A DNA stretch of 64,000 nucleotides, taken from Candidatus Poribacteria bacterium (GTDB taxonomy: Bacteria > Poribacteria > WGA-4E > WGA-3G). This document shows positions 46,906-57,362 of this stretch, piece by piece. The stretch lies in contig OZ251518.1 of assembly GCA_965242965.1 (NCBI GenBank), forward strand, positions 4,576,001-4,640,000. The letters run 5' to 3'. The notes under the pieces are model-generated. The model searched no databases, was not told where the DNA came from, and worked only from the letters and a program-made list of their open reading frames with translations. The first letter of the stretch is position 1. Each line of letters opens with the position of its first letter. The position numbers and the translations under genes were made by a program.

Positions 46906-48246
46906 CTAAATCCGAGATTTCGCCTTGAGTTCCAGATATTTATTCACCACCGTCATTGTCAACTGATGCGCCGGCACATCAAGCGTGATGACACCCCGCC
47001 GGCGCAGGATTTCCAACGTCGCATGTTTCTCCTGAAGCAGTTTTTCCGCTATCGTTTTCTGATAGACGCTTTTGGAATCGGTTAGTTTTTGCGTCGCGAG
47101 CGCGATAATCGTTGTATCCATCAACGTCACACAAACGACGAGGTGATGTTTTGAGAGTTGCGCGACGTAAGTCGCAAGCCCCTCCGCCGCATCTCTATCC
47201 AAGATGTCCGTGAAGAGGATAACCAGTGCGCGTTTGCGCTGTTTTGACGCTAAGTAGGTAAACGCGCTCTCAAAATCGGGTTCGACCGGATGCACCTGTA
47301 ACGCGTAGATACTCTCCAGCATCGTCAAAAACTGCTTTTTGCCCGGCTTCGGCGCGAGGTATTGATGCACCGTGTCCGCAAAAGCGATTAACCCCACCTT
47401 GTCTCCTTTGAGCGTTGAGACATAGCCTGTCATGAGGGTTGTGTTGATTGCGTAATCCAACTTAATCATGGCGGTTTGTCCGGCGGCATCGCTGGCATCC
47501 AGCACAATCGGCGATGCCATGAGTCTGCCGGTGTCTAGCATGATAATAACATCTTGGCTTCGTTCCGTCTCAAATTCGCGAACGATGGGTTTTCGGTGTC
47601 GGGCTGTCGCCTTCCAGTCAATTCGGCGGAAATCGTCATCGGGTGCGTATTCGCGGAGCCGTTCGATCTCCGTGCCTTCCCCGAATTGCCGCGAATTTTT
47701 AAGTCCCAACTGCCCGAGGAGGCCGCGCCGGACTAGTAGTTCATATTGCCGCACCGCTTGCAAATTCGGATAGACTTTCACATCTGTTGCAGCGGCGATG
47801 CGCCGTTGGCGGATAACCAATCCTAAAATGCCCCAACCTCGCAGGTGGATGTCTTCAAATCGGTAAACGCCGCGGCGTAGCGGCGTGAGCTGGTAAACAA
47901 TCGTCTCCGCTGCTGAGGGTGCCAGCCGAATGTCATGGATTGCGCGATGAAACTGAAATTCCGATGGAAAATCGTCTTTCAAGCGGAGTTTGAGGTGATA
48001 GCGCGAACGGTTCACGAGTGTCAGCGTCACAACGTTTTGCACGCCTAACGAAAACTTGGAGTTCATCTCTCGTCGCGCGTCAATTTTCGTAAACAGCGGG
48101 TTCGTCACGTAATCTAGCACGCAGACGATGCCTAAAAGCACCGCATAGCCTCCGCCGACGAACAGCAGATTCGGCGAGATGCCTGACAGCATAATCGGCA
48201 CTGCTCCGAGGAAGAGGAGGCATAGGAGCCTGTTGGTAAATTGCAT
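46906..48246 (-). CDS. DUF58 domain protein (vWA-like, MoxR-associated)
   Basis: VKVYPN, LREY.PDDDFRRIDWKATAR, LDTGRLM and LFTD motifs. Confidence 0.92.
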   Translation of the reverse strand: MQFTNRLLCLLFLGAVPIMLSGISPNLLFVGGGYAVLLGIVCVLDYVTNPLFTKIDARREMNSKFSLGVQNVVTLTLVNRSRYHLKLRLKDDFPSEFQFHRAIHDIRLAPSAAETIVYQLTPLRRGVYRFEDIHLRGWGILGLVIRQRRIAAATDVKVYPNLQAVRQYELLVRRGLLGQLGLKNSRQFGEGTEIERLREYAPDDDFRRIDWKATARHRKPIVREFETERSQDVIIMLDTGRLMASPIVLDASDAAGQTAMIKLDYAINTTLMTGYVSTLKGDKVGLIAFADTVHQYLAPKPGKKQFLTMLESIYALQVHPVEPDFESAFTYLASKQRKRALVILFTDILDRDAAEGLATYVAQLSKHHLVVCVTLMDTTIIALATQKLTDSKSVYQKTIAEKLLQEKHATLEILRRRGVITLDVPAHQLTMTVVNKYLELKAKSRI

Positions 48247-48306
48247 TGTTTTATCCTAATGAGCAGTCGGAAACCATAGCAATCTGCCTTTATACGCTAC
48301 TCGTTA

Positions 48307-49257
48307 TCACCGCGGAATCTCAGCGGCGGCGAGCAATCGCTCAATCACGTCATCTGCGGATAACCCCTCAATCTCCGCTTCCGGTTTCAGCAAAATACGG
48401 TGCCGATAGACGTGCGGGGTTAGCAATTTGACATCGTCCGGGACAATGTAGTTGCGTCCTTCCAGGGCGGCGTAGGTTTTACTCGCCAACAACAGCGCGA
48501 TGGAGGCTCGCGGACTGCCTCCCAAAACCAGTTCAGGCGAATCGCGCGACGCTTCGGCGAGACTCACGATGTAGTCGAAGATGGCATCCTCCACTGTCAC
48601 CGCTTGAATTTCCTCTTGGCACTGCCGAAGCGCGTCTTTGTCAACGACGCTCTCAATTCCCGCGTTCTCTAACAGCGTTGCATTAAAGCCTTGGTGATAG
48701 TTCATGAGAATCTGCCGCTCCGTCTCGCGGCCGGGATACATCACGTTCAATTTGAAGAGAAACCTGTCCAACTGTGCCTCGGGCAGCGGGTAGGTGCCTT
48801 CGTATTCCACAGGGTTTTGCGTCGCCAATACCATGAATGGTGGAGACAGTTCGTGCCGCACGCCATCAATGCTTACCTGCCGTTCTTCCATGCATTCCAG
48901 AAGCGCGGATTGTGTTTTGGCAGGTGCACGGTTAATCTCATCAGCGAGTAAAACGTTCGTGAAGACAGGCCCGCGCTTGAGGTTAAACTGGTTCGTTGCA
49001 GCATCATAAACGCTGGTGCCAACGATATCCGAAGGCATCAGATCTGGGGTGAATTGCACCCGACTGAATTCACCGGAGACGAGCATCGCCAACGTTTTCG
49101 CTATTAAGGTTTTTGCCGTGCCTGGCACGCCTTCCAATAGCACATGTCCGCCGGTGAAGAAACTGACGACAACGAGTTTAAACAGTGCCTCTTGTCCGAC
49201 GATAGCTTTTTGTGCCTCTTGTCTCATTTTTTCAAAGACGAGCTGAGTTGTTTGCAT
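48307..49257 (-). CDS. MoxR family AAA+ ATPase
   Basis: [30 protein letters not shown] and LPEAQLDRF motifs; start at MQTTQ. Confidence 0.95.
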   Translation of the reverse strand: MQTTQLVFEKMRQEAQKAIVGQEALFKLVVVSFFTGGHVLLEGVPGTAKTLIAKTLAMLVSGEFSRVQFTPDLMPSDIVGTSVYDAATNQFNLKRGPVFTNVLLADEINRAPAKTQSALLECMEERQVSIDGVRHELSPPFMVLATQNPVEYEGTYPLPEAQLDRFLFKLNVMYPGRETERQILMNYHQGFNATLLENAGIESVVDKDALRQCQEEIQAVTVEDAIFDYIVSLAEASRDSPELVLGGSPRASIALLLASKTYAALEGRNYIVPDDVKLLTPHVYRHRILLKPEAEIEGLSADDVIERLLAAAEIPR

Positions 49258-49333
49258 TGATTTTTGATTAATCCTATCGGGTGTGATATAGAAACCCTCC
49301 CGGACAAGCGGTTTGAAACCACGCTTATTGAAC

Positions 49334-50485
49334 CTATCGGTTCCTCCGCCGCAGATTAGATTTATCGTAATACGCCTCGACCTTTTTAGCAATTTCAAGG
49401 AGTTGTGCTTCCGATATATCGCCGCTCGGCTCCAAGTCTGTCAACAGCCGCTGCAGTTCATCGGTATTGATACCGGAACGCCGCGTGGCGATTTCCTCAA
49501 CGAATGCGTCGGTTTTTAACTTGATGTTGACGTTCCAACGCGCCCCGAGGTCAGCCCGGAATCCATCACGGAGTTGACCCAAAACCTCGCGCCTTGTGTT
49601 ACCCTTTTGGTAAAGTGCTGTCATAGCGAGGACGTACTCGGAACTGAGCCGCCGATGTGTTTCTCGTGCTTCCAACGGCTTGCCAAACCGTCGCCCGCGC
49701 AGCATCAAAAACACAAACAGAGCCATGCCGAGATAGAGGATGCCTAACCCTCCCGGCGTTTGAAACAGCAGTGCGAGCAGCGGATCCGACGAATGAACCG
49801 CGCCGGTGCCATAATATCGGTATTCCGCAAGCCCAATGCGCGCTTTGCGCGGGATGGTCGACATCAAGTTATAGAGAAACGTCGCGTTCTCCGGAAACGT
49901 CAATCCCGACGCGCCGAAAATATAGGGGCACGACATGAAAAAGACGCGGCCCTCACCTTGCCGAAAGGTAATCACCGCGGATTCTGTCCCGCGTCCATAG
50001 AGCGGCACCACGTCCGCATCACTTCCTATCTCGGCGATGAAAAAATCCGTTCGCGCGCGAATTCTCGCTACCGGCCGCGCAGGAAAGAGTGGTTCTCTCG
50101 GCATCCGTTTTGCATCGATGAGTTCGCTTTGTGCCACGCGCAACTCAAATCCATAAGCCGCGAAGAGGGAGTTAAGTGCGATGTCTTCCCCAGCGGCAAT
50201 CAAGGTGCCGCCGCCTGCAACGAAATCACGAATCTTCTGTATTTCCTCTTCGGGGAGAGCCCTTCTGATTCGCCGTAGGAACAGCACATCAAATCTGTCT
50301 AATTGTGCGGGAGTGACATCGGATATTTCTGTCACGCGAAATTTCAGCGCGCGCAAAATGTTGTTCAGCGTGCTGCCACGCCGGTCCAAACCATCGCACG
50401 CCGCCAGCACGAAACAGATGGATACGATTAAGGCAATTTTCAGGAAGCGAGACTGCAAAGACTGATGTTTATGCGGGTGTTTCAT
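49334..50485 (-). CDS. DUF4350 domain membrane/lipoprotein (MoxR cluster)
   Basis: [14 protein letters not shown], a TM segment followed by RGRRFG, and EYV.A...LY; cluster context; start uncertain. Confidence 0.78.
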   Translation of the reverse strand: MKHPHKHQSLQSRFLKIALIVSICFVLAACDGLDRRGSTLNNILRALKFRVTEISDVTPAQLDRFDVLFLRRIRRALPEEEIQKIRDFVAGGGTLIAAGEDIALNSLFAAYGFELRVAQSELIDAKRMPREPLFPARPVARIRARTDFFIAEIGSDADVVPLYGRGTESAVITFRQGEGRVFFMSCPYIFGASGLTFPENATFLYNLMSTIPRKARIGLAEYRYYGTGAVHSSDPLLALLFQTPGGLGILYLGMALFVFLMLRGRRFGKPLEARETHRRLSSEYVLAMTALYQKGNTRREVLGQLRDGFRADLGARWNVNIKLKTDAFVEEIATRRSGINTDELQRLLTDLEPSGDISEAQLLEIAKKVEAYYDKSNLRRRNR

Positions 50486-50589
50486 AACTCGTTGTTGCAA
50501 AAAAAACGATTCCGTTTCTCCGGTAGGAGAGCCCTCCTGGTCTCGATTCCGTTTAGACTCCCGGTCTTGATTCCGTCAAATGGCGTTTC

Positions 50590-51243
50590 TCATCCGTTCA
50601 TTCGGTAGACATCTTTCAACAATTCGCGGTAATTAGCGACGGTTTCCGCATCACACGGCTGGTAGCCATACCACACCTCATCAAAAACCTGAATGACAGG
50701 CAACAAGGCGCGTTGCAAGGCAACATCCGATTGCAATGCGCGGAGATACTCCCAATTCGTTAAACTTTTATCGTGCGCAAGGCGGCCGCGTTCTTGGAGG
50801 TACAAGATTGCCGACAGATAGAGAAACCGGAGCGCGTGCCGAAAGTCGTTTGCGGCTTCCGCTGTCTCGGCGTGTGCCAGTGCAACTTTTTCTGTCGCAA
50901 CTGTCTCTAGGGAGAGCTCAGGTGTCTCATCCTGCGCTTCAACGATGAGGTTGCTGCGAATCTTCCTGCCAAAAAAGACTACCGCGGCACCGAGCGCGAT
51001 GATGCCGAGCACCAGCAACACTTTGCTGAAATCAACGTCCCATCCTAAGTCGTCGTTGTGCCGGAGGAGTTTGGATAGGCGCGCTTGGTAGTTCTCAAAG
51101 GAAACGTCCATGCGTCCCCGGTCGGACGCGAGTTCCTCTCTGAAGCGTTGTTCCTCGTCCGCCACGACAAATAGCCCGGCGAGGAAACTTGCGCAGATGA
51201 GGATAGCCCAGAACGCGACTGCCTTGTTAGTCAATAGATTCAC
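50590..51243 (-). CDS. DUF4129 domain protein
   Basis: ALR.LYL..L..L, SLTNWEY and FDEVWYG motifs. Confidence 0.85.
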   Translation of the reverse strand: MNLLTNKAVAFWAILICASFLAGLFVVADEEQRFREELASDRGRMDVSFENYQARLSKLLRHNDDLGWDVDFSKVLLVLGIIALGAAVVFFGRKIRSNLIVEAQDETPELSLETVATEKVALAHAETAEAANDFRHALRFLYLSAILYLQERGRLAHDKSLTNWEYLRALQSDVALQRALLPVIQVFDEVWYGYQPCDAETVANYRELLKDVYRMNG

Positions 51244-52276
51244 GAGAATTCACCATTATTTCAATATCAAACCCTTCTTTCCGAATGCGAAGATCGAAGT
51301 AGAGGAGCATCGAACCGATGGCCCTGACCGGCAGCATGAGCGTTGCGATACCCAAGTAAGTTAACCATTCGATCAAAAAAGAAAAGAAGGATTGCTGTGG
51401 AAGACCGGCAAAAAACGAAAACGAATCGGGGTTTTCCCTAAGCTGTCGCATCCTCATGATTCGTTCAATGATATTATCCCCTGTCGTAACGCCAATTAAC
51501 TGGAGGAGGACATCGGCCGTGGTCTGCAATATGATGGAGAGCGTCCACCAAAGGAGAAAAATCGCGGCGTAGATACCACACACGCGCCACCATGTCCCTC
51601 TGACGAGTTCACTACTTCGACGCAATGCAGTGGCGAGTGAGGCCCCTTCAAACAAAATGGGTAGAGCCCCAAATCCCCAGCGGATACTTAGGTATATTGC
51701 CAACGGCGTTCCGATGAAAATCATCCAAAGAAAATCCGTCTTCCCGAGCCCCCAGCCGAGGTTTAGATAGATCATGATTGGAATTCGGATTACCCACCAC
51801 CAGCCGAAGGTATCAAGAGGGTACCAGATCATAATATAGCCGAAAAAGGGCCAAAATCGGCGAAGGCACTGCCGAAAGACATCGGAAGGCGTGATAGTTC
51901 TACCTAAGTAGCAGGAGGCCCCCGCGAAGCCGAGTCCACCGACAATCAAAAGTAGCACCACATTGTCCACAAACCCCGTGAAGAGAGCGGATACGAACAC
52001 GAGGAAAACGGTTGCATAGGTGCCGAGCATTCCTTCCAACGGAATCTTCAATATTAAATCGGCAATATCTAGTGAAGGGACCAGGTTTGAGAAAACGAAT
52101 CTTGAAAGCAGGCCCAGGCAAAGTTTTGTCGCAAAGTAAACCAAGGCGAGCTGGAAAAAGAACCGGAAGTAGTTCCGATAGAGACTGAACGTTCCGTCTA
52201 GGATATCCGTAAGCCGCATTGGTTGCAAGCGCGGAATTGCCAGGTTTGCGGCCGATGAATCGTGGGGAGCAAGCAT
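51227..52276 (-). CDS. integral membrane protein (GDPD membrane-domain-like), paralog A
   Basis: LQPM..DILDG.F.LYR, ALRRS..LV.G.WWRV and LLYFDLRIRKEGFD motifs. Confidence 0.82.
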   Translation of the reverse strand: MLAPHDSSAANLAIPRLQPMRLTDILDGTFSLYRNYFRFFFQLALVYFATKLCLGLLSRFVFSNLVPSLDIADLILKIPLEGMLGTYATVFLVFVSALFTGFVDNVVLLLIVGGLGFAGASCYLGRTITPSDVFRQCLRRFWPFFGYIMIWYPLDTFGWWWVIRIPIMIYLNLGWGLGKTDFLWMIFIGTPLAIYLSIRWGFGALPILFEGASLATALRRSSELVRGTWWRVCGIYAAIFLLWWTLSIILQTTADVLLQLIGVTTGDNIIERIMRMRQLRENPDSFSFFAGLPQQSFFSFLIEWLTYLGIATLMLPVRAIGSMLLYFDLRIRKEGFDIEIMVNSRESID

Positions 52277-52346
52277 GAGCCGGGCCCTTCCCGTTTTAGA
52301 AATGTCGCTGATATGGCACTAATGTTACCACATTTCCCGTTTTCTG

Positions 52347-53219
52347 TCAATCTATCTGTTCGCTGCCTGTCTGTTCGCTGCGCGCCATCATTTCGATATC
52401 AAACCCTTCCTTCCGAATGCGAAGATCGAAGTAGAGGAGCATCGAACCGATGGTTAAAATCGGTGCCGTGAACGTAGCGAAGAGAACATCAAAGAACATC
52501 TGCGCCGCATAAGACAAGAGAGAAGTCTTGAACGGATCCGGTCCCGTCCACATTCTGAGCAGCCACTGCCACAAGCCCTCTTCCGTTGTCACTATGCCGC
52601 TGAACGAGAGAGCAAAGTCTAGGGTGGCTTTAAGAATGAATAGCAGCATCATCCAGAGGAGAAAAATAGCGAAGGTGATACCGAAAACGCGCCACCATGT
52701 GCCTTTGACTAACTGGCTACTTCGCCGAAACGCCTCACGTGCAGTCTTTCCTTCAAACAGCACAGGCATACTGCAGAGTCCCCAGCGGTTCCCCAGATAG
52801 ATTGCGAAGGGGCTTCCGATAATCGTTACTGCCAGTCCGCCTACAGCCAAAAACCAGAGGAACTGGGTGCCGAGATACGGCAAAAACCGGCGGCCGGCTT
52901 GCCGCAGTGCCGCGCTCAGCGTAATCTGCCGCCCTAAATAGCACTGCGCACCCACGACGTATGTCCCAGCGGTAACGAACAAAAACACAAAAGGAATAAC
53001 GAATAAACTGAATAGGAACATCGACAGCGACAAGTCTGCTGGCGATGGACTTGAAAGTTTACCAAGCAGGTTCAGGCAAAACGCTGCAATGAGATGAATG
53101 GCGAGAATTCCGAAAAACAGCCGGAAATGGTTCCGGTAGAGGGTGAAGGTGCCGTCCAAAATGTCCGAAAATCCCATCGGTTGCAGCGCGGCCGGGGGTG
53201 AATCGTTTTGTTCAAACAT
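52347..53219 (-). CDS. integral membrane protein (GDPD membrane-domain-like), paralog B
   Basis: Same motifs as 51227-52276; start at MFEQN behind a GGAG RBS. Confidence 0.82.
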   Translation of the reverse strand: MFEQNDSPPAALQPMGFSDILDGTFTLYRNHFRLFFGILAIHLIAAFCLNLLGKLSSPSPADLSLSMFLFSLFVIPFVFLFVTAGTYVVGAQCYLGRQITLSAALRQAGRRFLPYLGTQFLWFLAVGGLAVTIIGSPFAIYLGNRWGLCSMPVLFEGKTAREAFRRSSQLVKGTWWRVFGITFAIFLLWMMLLFILKATLDFALSFSGIVTTEEGLWQWLLRMWTGPDPFKTSLLSYAAQMFFDVLFATFTAPILTIGSMLLYFDLRIRKEGFDIEMMARSEQTGSEQID

Positions 53220-53276
53220 AGTTTTCCGTGCTCCATTATTCGTTAGGAGAGCCATTCGTGTCTTGATTTCCGAGGT

Positions 53277-53385
53277 ATCGGGACAAGGATGTCCCTCCTA
53301 CCGCCAAGAATAAGACGTATCGGGACAAGGATGTCCCTCCTACCGGTTTCAATCTATCGGGACAGGGATGTCCCTCCTACCGCGA
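53277..53385. repeat. three REP hairpins
   Basis: TATCGGGACA(A/G)GGATGTCCCTCCTACCG at 53277, 53318 and 53355. Confidence 0.85.
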
Positions 53386-53418
53386 AGAATAAATGGTTTT
53401 TGTGAATACAAAGACATT

Positions 53419-54417
53419 CTATCGCATTTCGCCTTTTGTGTCAAATAGCGCATCAACCAACCGCTGCATATCAGCAGGCATCGGCGCGGAAAATGAGAGG
53501 CGTTCGCGCGTGACAGGATGCACAAACCCAAGCGTGTGCGCATGCAACGCTTGACGTTTCAGTTGCGAAAGTGCCTGCTTGACACGGCTAGACTCTGTCT
53601 CGTGCATGGCGCGTTTCGCGCCGCCGTAGACAGCATCGCCGGCAACCGGATGCCCGATGTGCTGCAGATGCACACGGATTTGATGAAGCCGTCCTGTCTC
53701 CAACCGCAGTCGAAGAAGCGCGAATTTGTCATAACTTTCTGCAACTTCGTAGTGCGTAACGGCGCGCCGGCCATCTGCTTCTACCGTTGTCATGCGCCGC
53801 CGGTCGCGGCGGCTTCTCGCAATCTGTGCATCGATAGTCCCAAATGCATTCGCGGGTGTGCCGCACACCACGGCGACATAGTGTCGCGTCATCGCGCGCG
53901 CCTCTAACTGCCTAGAAAGTTCGCGATGCACGTCATCTGTTTTCGCCACAACGAGCAGACCCGAGGTATCTTTATCAAGCCGATGCACAATGCCGAGACG
54001 TTCGGCACCGCCGATGCTAGACAGACTTGTCTTGTGCGCGAGGAGCGCGTTGACAAGCGTCCCTGTGTTAACGCCGCTTGCTGGATGCACGAGCATCCCC
54101 GCCGGTTTGTTGATAACGATGAGGTGGCTGTCTTCGTGAGAAATGTCCAGCGGAATGGGCTCAGGCTGAAGAGTTTTCACCGAACGCAACTGCGGAACCG
54201 CAAAACAGAGGCAGTCGCCGCGCCGGAGAGAATAACTCGGCTGTTTCGCAACCTTGCCGTTGAGCGTGACTGCCCCACCGCGAATCAGTTTTTGGAGAGA
54301 AGTGCGAGAGAATCCGGACTGGAAGCGCGAATTTTGCAGCTGTTCCAGCAGAAATCGATCCAAGCGGACACCGTGCTGCCCTGTTTGAACGTGGTAAATT
54401 CGCGTTTCATTTGCCAT
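53419..54417 (-). CDS. rluD: RluA/RluD family 23S rRNA pseudouridine synthase
   Basis: S4-like RLD.FL N-terminus, NKPAGMLVHP, HRLDKDTSG, ETGRLHQIR and QALHA motifs. Confidence 0.9.
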   Translation of the reverse strand: MANETRIYHVQTGQHGVRLDRFLLEQLQNSRFQSGFSRTSLQKLIRGGAVTLNGKVAKQPSYSLRRGDCLCFAVPQLRSVKTLQPEPIPLDISHEDSHLIVINKPAGMLVHPASGVNTGTLVNALLAHKTSLSSIGGAERLGIVHRLDKDTSGLLVVAKTDDVHRELSRQLEARAMTRHYVAVVCGTPANAFGTIDAQIARSRRDRRRMTTVEADGRRAVTHYEVAESYDKFALLRLRLETGRLHQIRVHLQHIGHPVAGDAVYGGAKRAMHETESSRVKQALSQLKRQALHAHTLGFVHPVTRERLSFSAPMPADMQRLVDALFDTKGEMR

Positions 54418-54521
54418 AAACATTTCCACTTGGCGTAGCGTGGTTGCCTGTCCCTTCTACTTGATGACGGTAGCACATGGTGCATCGAGACCAGGAGGTC
54501 TCTCCTACCGAGGTGCCCATT

Positions 54522-55310
54522 CTACTTGATGACGGTAGCACCTTCCATGTCTGACTCATCTAATTCGACGGTTGTGCCATCATCATACTGAATAGTGATC
54601 TTAGCACCTTCGGGAAGGTTCTTCCAATCCGAGGTCCCTACTAGGTCCGAGGTCCCTACTAGGATTGCCTGTCCACTTGAGGGCAACCCTCCCGGAACAT
54701 TTTTAAGCATCATGACAGTGGCACCGCTATCCAGTGCTGCGCGGAGGATTTCCAGAACTTGTTGCCCCCCTGCGAATCGCGCAGGCGCGATGGCTATGGA
54801 AGCCTCTGTCATATCAATCAGATCGTCGAGTGTCGCCGTGCCTGTCTGAATCCTGTCCATCACATCGGACATCACATCCACTTCTGGCGAATGTCCGTAT
54901 TCCTCTTCGATCGCCGCAACAAGTTCTTCGTTATTGAGTTCCTCGTCGGTAATATCAACGCTTTCGCGCAGCGCGGAGAGAGCCTGCTCTTCAAACATGT
55001 CAAGAAGTGCATCGTCTAGTACTGCCGTCTCTTCTGTTTGGATTTCAGGCGCATCGGGTTCTACCGCCTCTATATCCGGGGCTGGCATCTCCCGTTCTGA
55101 TTGCGTCTCAGGTTTTGCTGTCGTCACTGAAGATGGCGGCTGTTTGTCCAAGTTTTCCGTGTTTTCCGTTATCACCGTTTGTGGCGCGGGCTGAAGCGAT
55201 GCGTCAAACCGCTGGCGTGCCCAGTGTTCGTAAAGCACGAACCCACCGCAGATGACAAGCAGCAGGCCAAGTGCGCCGCCGATGACGCTTATCGTGTAAT
55301 TTCTGTCCAT
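54522..55310 (-). CDS. membrane-anchored acidic hypothetical protein
   Basis: GAGG RBS, N-terminal TM segment, acidic linker. Confidence 0.7.
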   Translation of the reverse strand: MDRNYTISVIGGALGLLLVICGGFVLYEHWARQRFDASLQPAPQTVITENTENLDKQPPSSVTTAKPETQSEREMPAPDIEAVEPDAPEIQTEETAVLDDALLDMFEEQALSALRESVDITDEELNNEELVAAIEEEYGHSPEVDVMSDVMDRIQTGTATLDDLIDMTEASIAIAPARFAGGQQVLEILRAALDSGATVMMLKNVPGGLPSSGQAILVGTSDLVGTSDWKNLPEGAKITIQYDDGTTVELDESDMEGATVIK

Positions 55311-55342
55311 AATTTGTCCTCGTTTGAGAGTTTCGTTTGAAA

Positions 55343-55714
55343 TAAGTGAGTTTCATATATCAATGGCTTCCCCGTAGGAGAGCCCTCCTGGTCTCGATTT
55401 TTCCAGTCGGTGCGCCCTCCCGGTCTCGATGCATGCCATGTTCCCGGTAGGAGAGCCCTCCTGGTCTCGATGTGGTTTGTATCGGGACAAGGATGTCCCT
55501 CCTACCGGAAGGCATCGGGCCCACCTTTGTAGTTCGGGAGCGCCCGCTCCCGAACGGGTCAGGAGCAGGCGCTCCTGCCCTACAGGGGTGAGGCGGTCTG
55601 ACAGCCAAACGCATGGCGAGGGACAGGCCCTCGCCCTACGTGAAAGGGAGGCGTTTTTTTTCGTAGCGCGGGGGCCTGTCACCGCGATGTCAAGCGATTT
55701 AGGAAACACCCTCA
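55343..55714 (-). mobile_element. degenerate MITE-like cassette, inverted orientation
   Basis: Right end TTAGGAAACACCCTCA; left end TAAGTGAGTTTCATA (12/15 match to the TIR); flanks TTGAAA and TTTAAA (5/6 match). Confidence 0.65.
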
Positions 55715-55812
55715 TTTAAAATCAGTATACCACACTTTGCCAGAAAAAGTCAAATCGTCAGAATTTAGACAAGGACTATTTCGTGTTTGATTTTCGCTAA
55801 ATAACACAAAAC

Positions 55813-55841
55813 TTGCAATAATCTGCGGTTTTTGCTAAAAT
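55813..55841 (+). promoter_or_regulatory. putative sigma70 promoter
   Basis: TTGCAA-17 nt-TAAAAT with a TG extension. Confidence 0.55.
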
Positions 55842-55886
55842 ATACAATAGATATGGCAGACTCTGGTTTTCATAAGGAGGAATCCA

Positions 55887-56603
55887 ATGAAATTCACGAT
55901 GTATTGTTGGATTGTCATGGCAGCGATGCTCATCGCACCCGCGGTGTGGGCAATTCATGAAGAAGATAAAGGACCCGAGCAATTCGGGCGTTACGAATTC
56001 AAGGAGCAGGACATCAAGGAAGCAACCGATGCCTGCGACGCAGGCGGTAAACCCGGTCCCGAATTTGTCCCAACGGTTCGGGATAAGGAGCCGAATTTGG
56101 CACTGCTGAAAGATGCCAAAGCGGAGGCTTCCTCGCAGTTGGAAGGGTGGTGCCCCCGGCGGCACTGCATTGAATATCTCAACGATGGGTTCTATAACAA
56201 CTGCCGAAGTTGGATTATCGGCGCGATACCGGGCTGGGCACAGATTGACATCGGCGCAGTCGCGAATGTGAACCGCATCTTTTTCGCCAGCGATCACTCG
56301 CAAGGATTTCTTGACAGGACAACCGCTGACTTCGACATCCTTGTCGCCACGACGAAAGCCGATGCAGACTCGGACGCGAACACGTGGACGAAAGTTTACG
56401 AGCACAAGGGAGAACCGGTGAGTGAAACCACCGAGTTTACCTTCAAAGATGTAGAGGCACGCTGGGTGCGCCTCCATATCCGTGCAAATGGCGGCGCACG
56501 CGTCGATGAAATTGAGATTTATGGTGGACGCGACCCGATGGCTGTCGAACCCACCGGGAAATTGACGACAGTTTGGGGACAAATGAAATCGGATAAGTTC
56601 TGA
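55887..56603 (+). CDS. secreted discoidin/F5-8 type C-like protein with a conserved C-terminal motif
   Basis: Signal peptide; NLAL, LNDG, WAQIDIG, ARWVRL and DEIEIYG motifs; tail AVEPTGKLTTVWGQMK. Confidence 0.8.
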   Translation: MKFTMYCWIVMAAMLIAPAVWAIHEEDKGPEQFGRYEFKEQDIKEATDACDAGGKPGPEFVPTVRDKEPNLALLKDAKAEASSQLEGWCPRRHCIEYLNDGFYNNCRSWIIGAIPGWAQIDIGAVANVNRIFFASDHSQGFLDRTTADFDILVATTKADADSDANTWTKVYEHKGEPVSETTEFTFKDVEARWVRLHIRANGGARVDEIEIYGGRDPMAVEPTGKLTTVWGQMKSDKF

Positions 56604-56616
56604 TAAGGAGGCTCAC

Positions 56617-57345
56617 ATGCGATATGCAATTTTTCTCACCCTTATCCTCAGTCTCTTGGCAGGAACGGCGTTTGCCGATATCCTCTTCCAAGACGATTTT
56701 GAGAGTGGGGACATTGACAAAGCCAAATGGGCACCGCAAGCCAGTTGGCTAGTCGAAAACAACGATGACAAGCACGACGTGCTCGGCAAGAAAGTGCTTG
56801 ACGTTTGGGGCGGCGGAGTCGGGCTTACCGTCGATGACTTCCCCGAAGAATTTGACTATTACGCCGACTTCAAAACCATGGGTGGCGGCCTCACCGGGTT
56901 CGTCTTCCACGGTAGCGATGGCAATAACATCTATATGCATCAGGTATCCACAGCGGGTTCCGGGCATACACCGCAGCACATCCGATGGCACAGAAGAATC
57001 GGCGGCGCATGGGGTGTTGAACCCGATCCGTTTGCAGATAAGGAAAATCGCGACCAGGATGTCTGGTATCGCGTGAAGTTTGAGGTACGCAAGAATTACA
57101 AATTCAAGGTGTATCTCGGCGATGTCGGCGTGGAAAACGAAGACTTGGTTCTCGTCAGTGAATGGACTGATGCCCAGAAATCGTTCGAGGATGGCAAAAT
57201 TGGGTTCCGTATGAGCGGCGGCATTCGCGCCGGCGAACATGCACAATACGATAACGTCGTGGTTGCTACCCCGGCGTTTGACATTTTCCCGGTCGAACCG
57301 CGAGATAAACTCGCAGTGACATGGGGACAATTGAAGCGAAAATAA
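56617..57345 (+). CDS. secreted ConA-like/DUF1080-like protein with a conserved C-terminal motif
   Basis: Signal peptide ending AFA; LFQDDFE, WYRVKFEV, GKIGF and YDNV motifs; tail PVEPRDKLAVTWGQLK. Confidence 0.8.
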   Translation: MRYAIFLTLILSLLAGTAFADILFQDDFESGDIDKAKWAPQASWLVENNDDKHDVLGKKVLDVWGGGVGLTVDDFPEEFDYYADFKTMGGGLTGFVFHGSDGNNIYMHQVSTAGSGHTPQHIRWHRRIGGAWGVEPDPFADKENRDQDVWYRVKFEVRKNYKFKVYLGDVGVENEDLVLVSEWTDAQKSFEDGKIGFRMSGGIRAGEHAQYDNVVVATPAFDIFPVEPRDKLAVTWGQLKRK

Positions 57346-57362
57346 AAAGGAGATTCTCTAAA

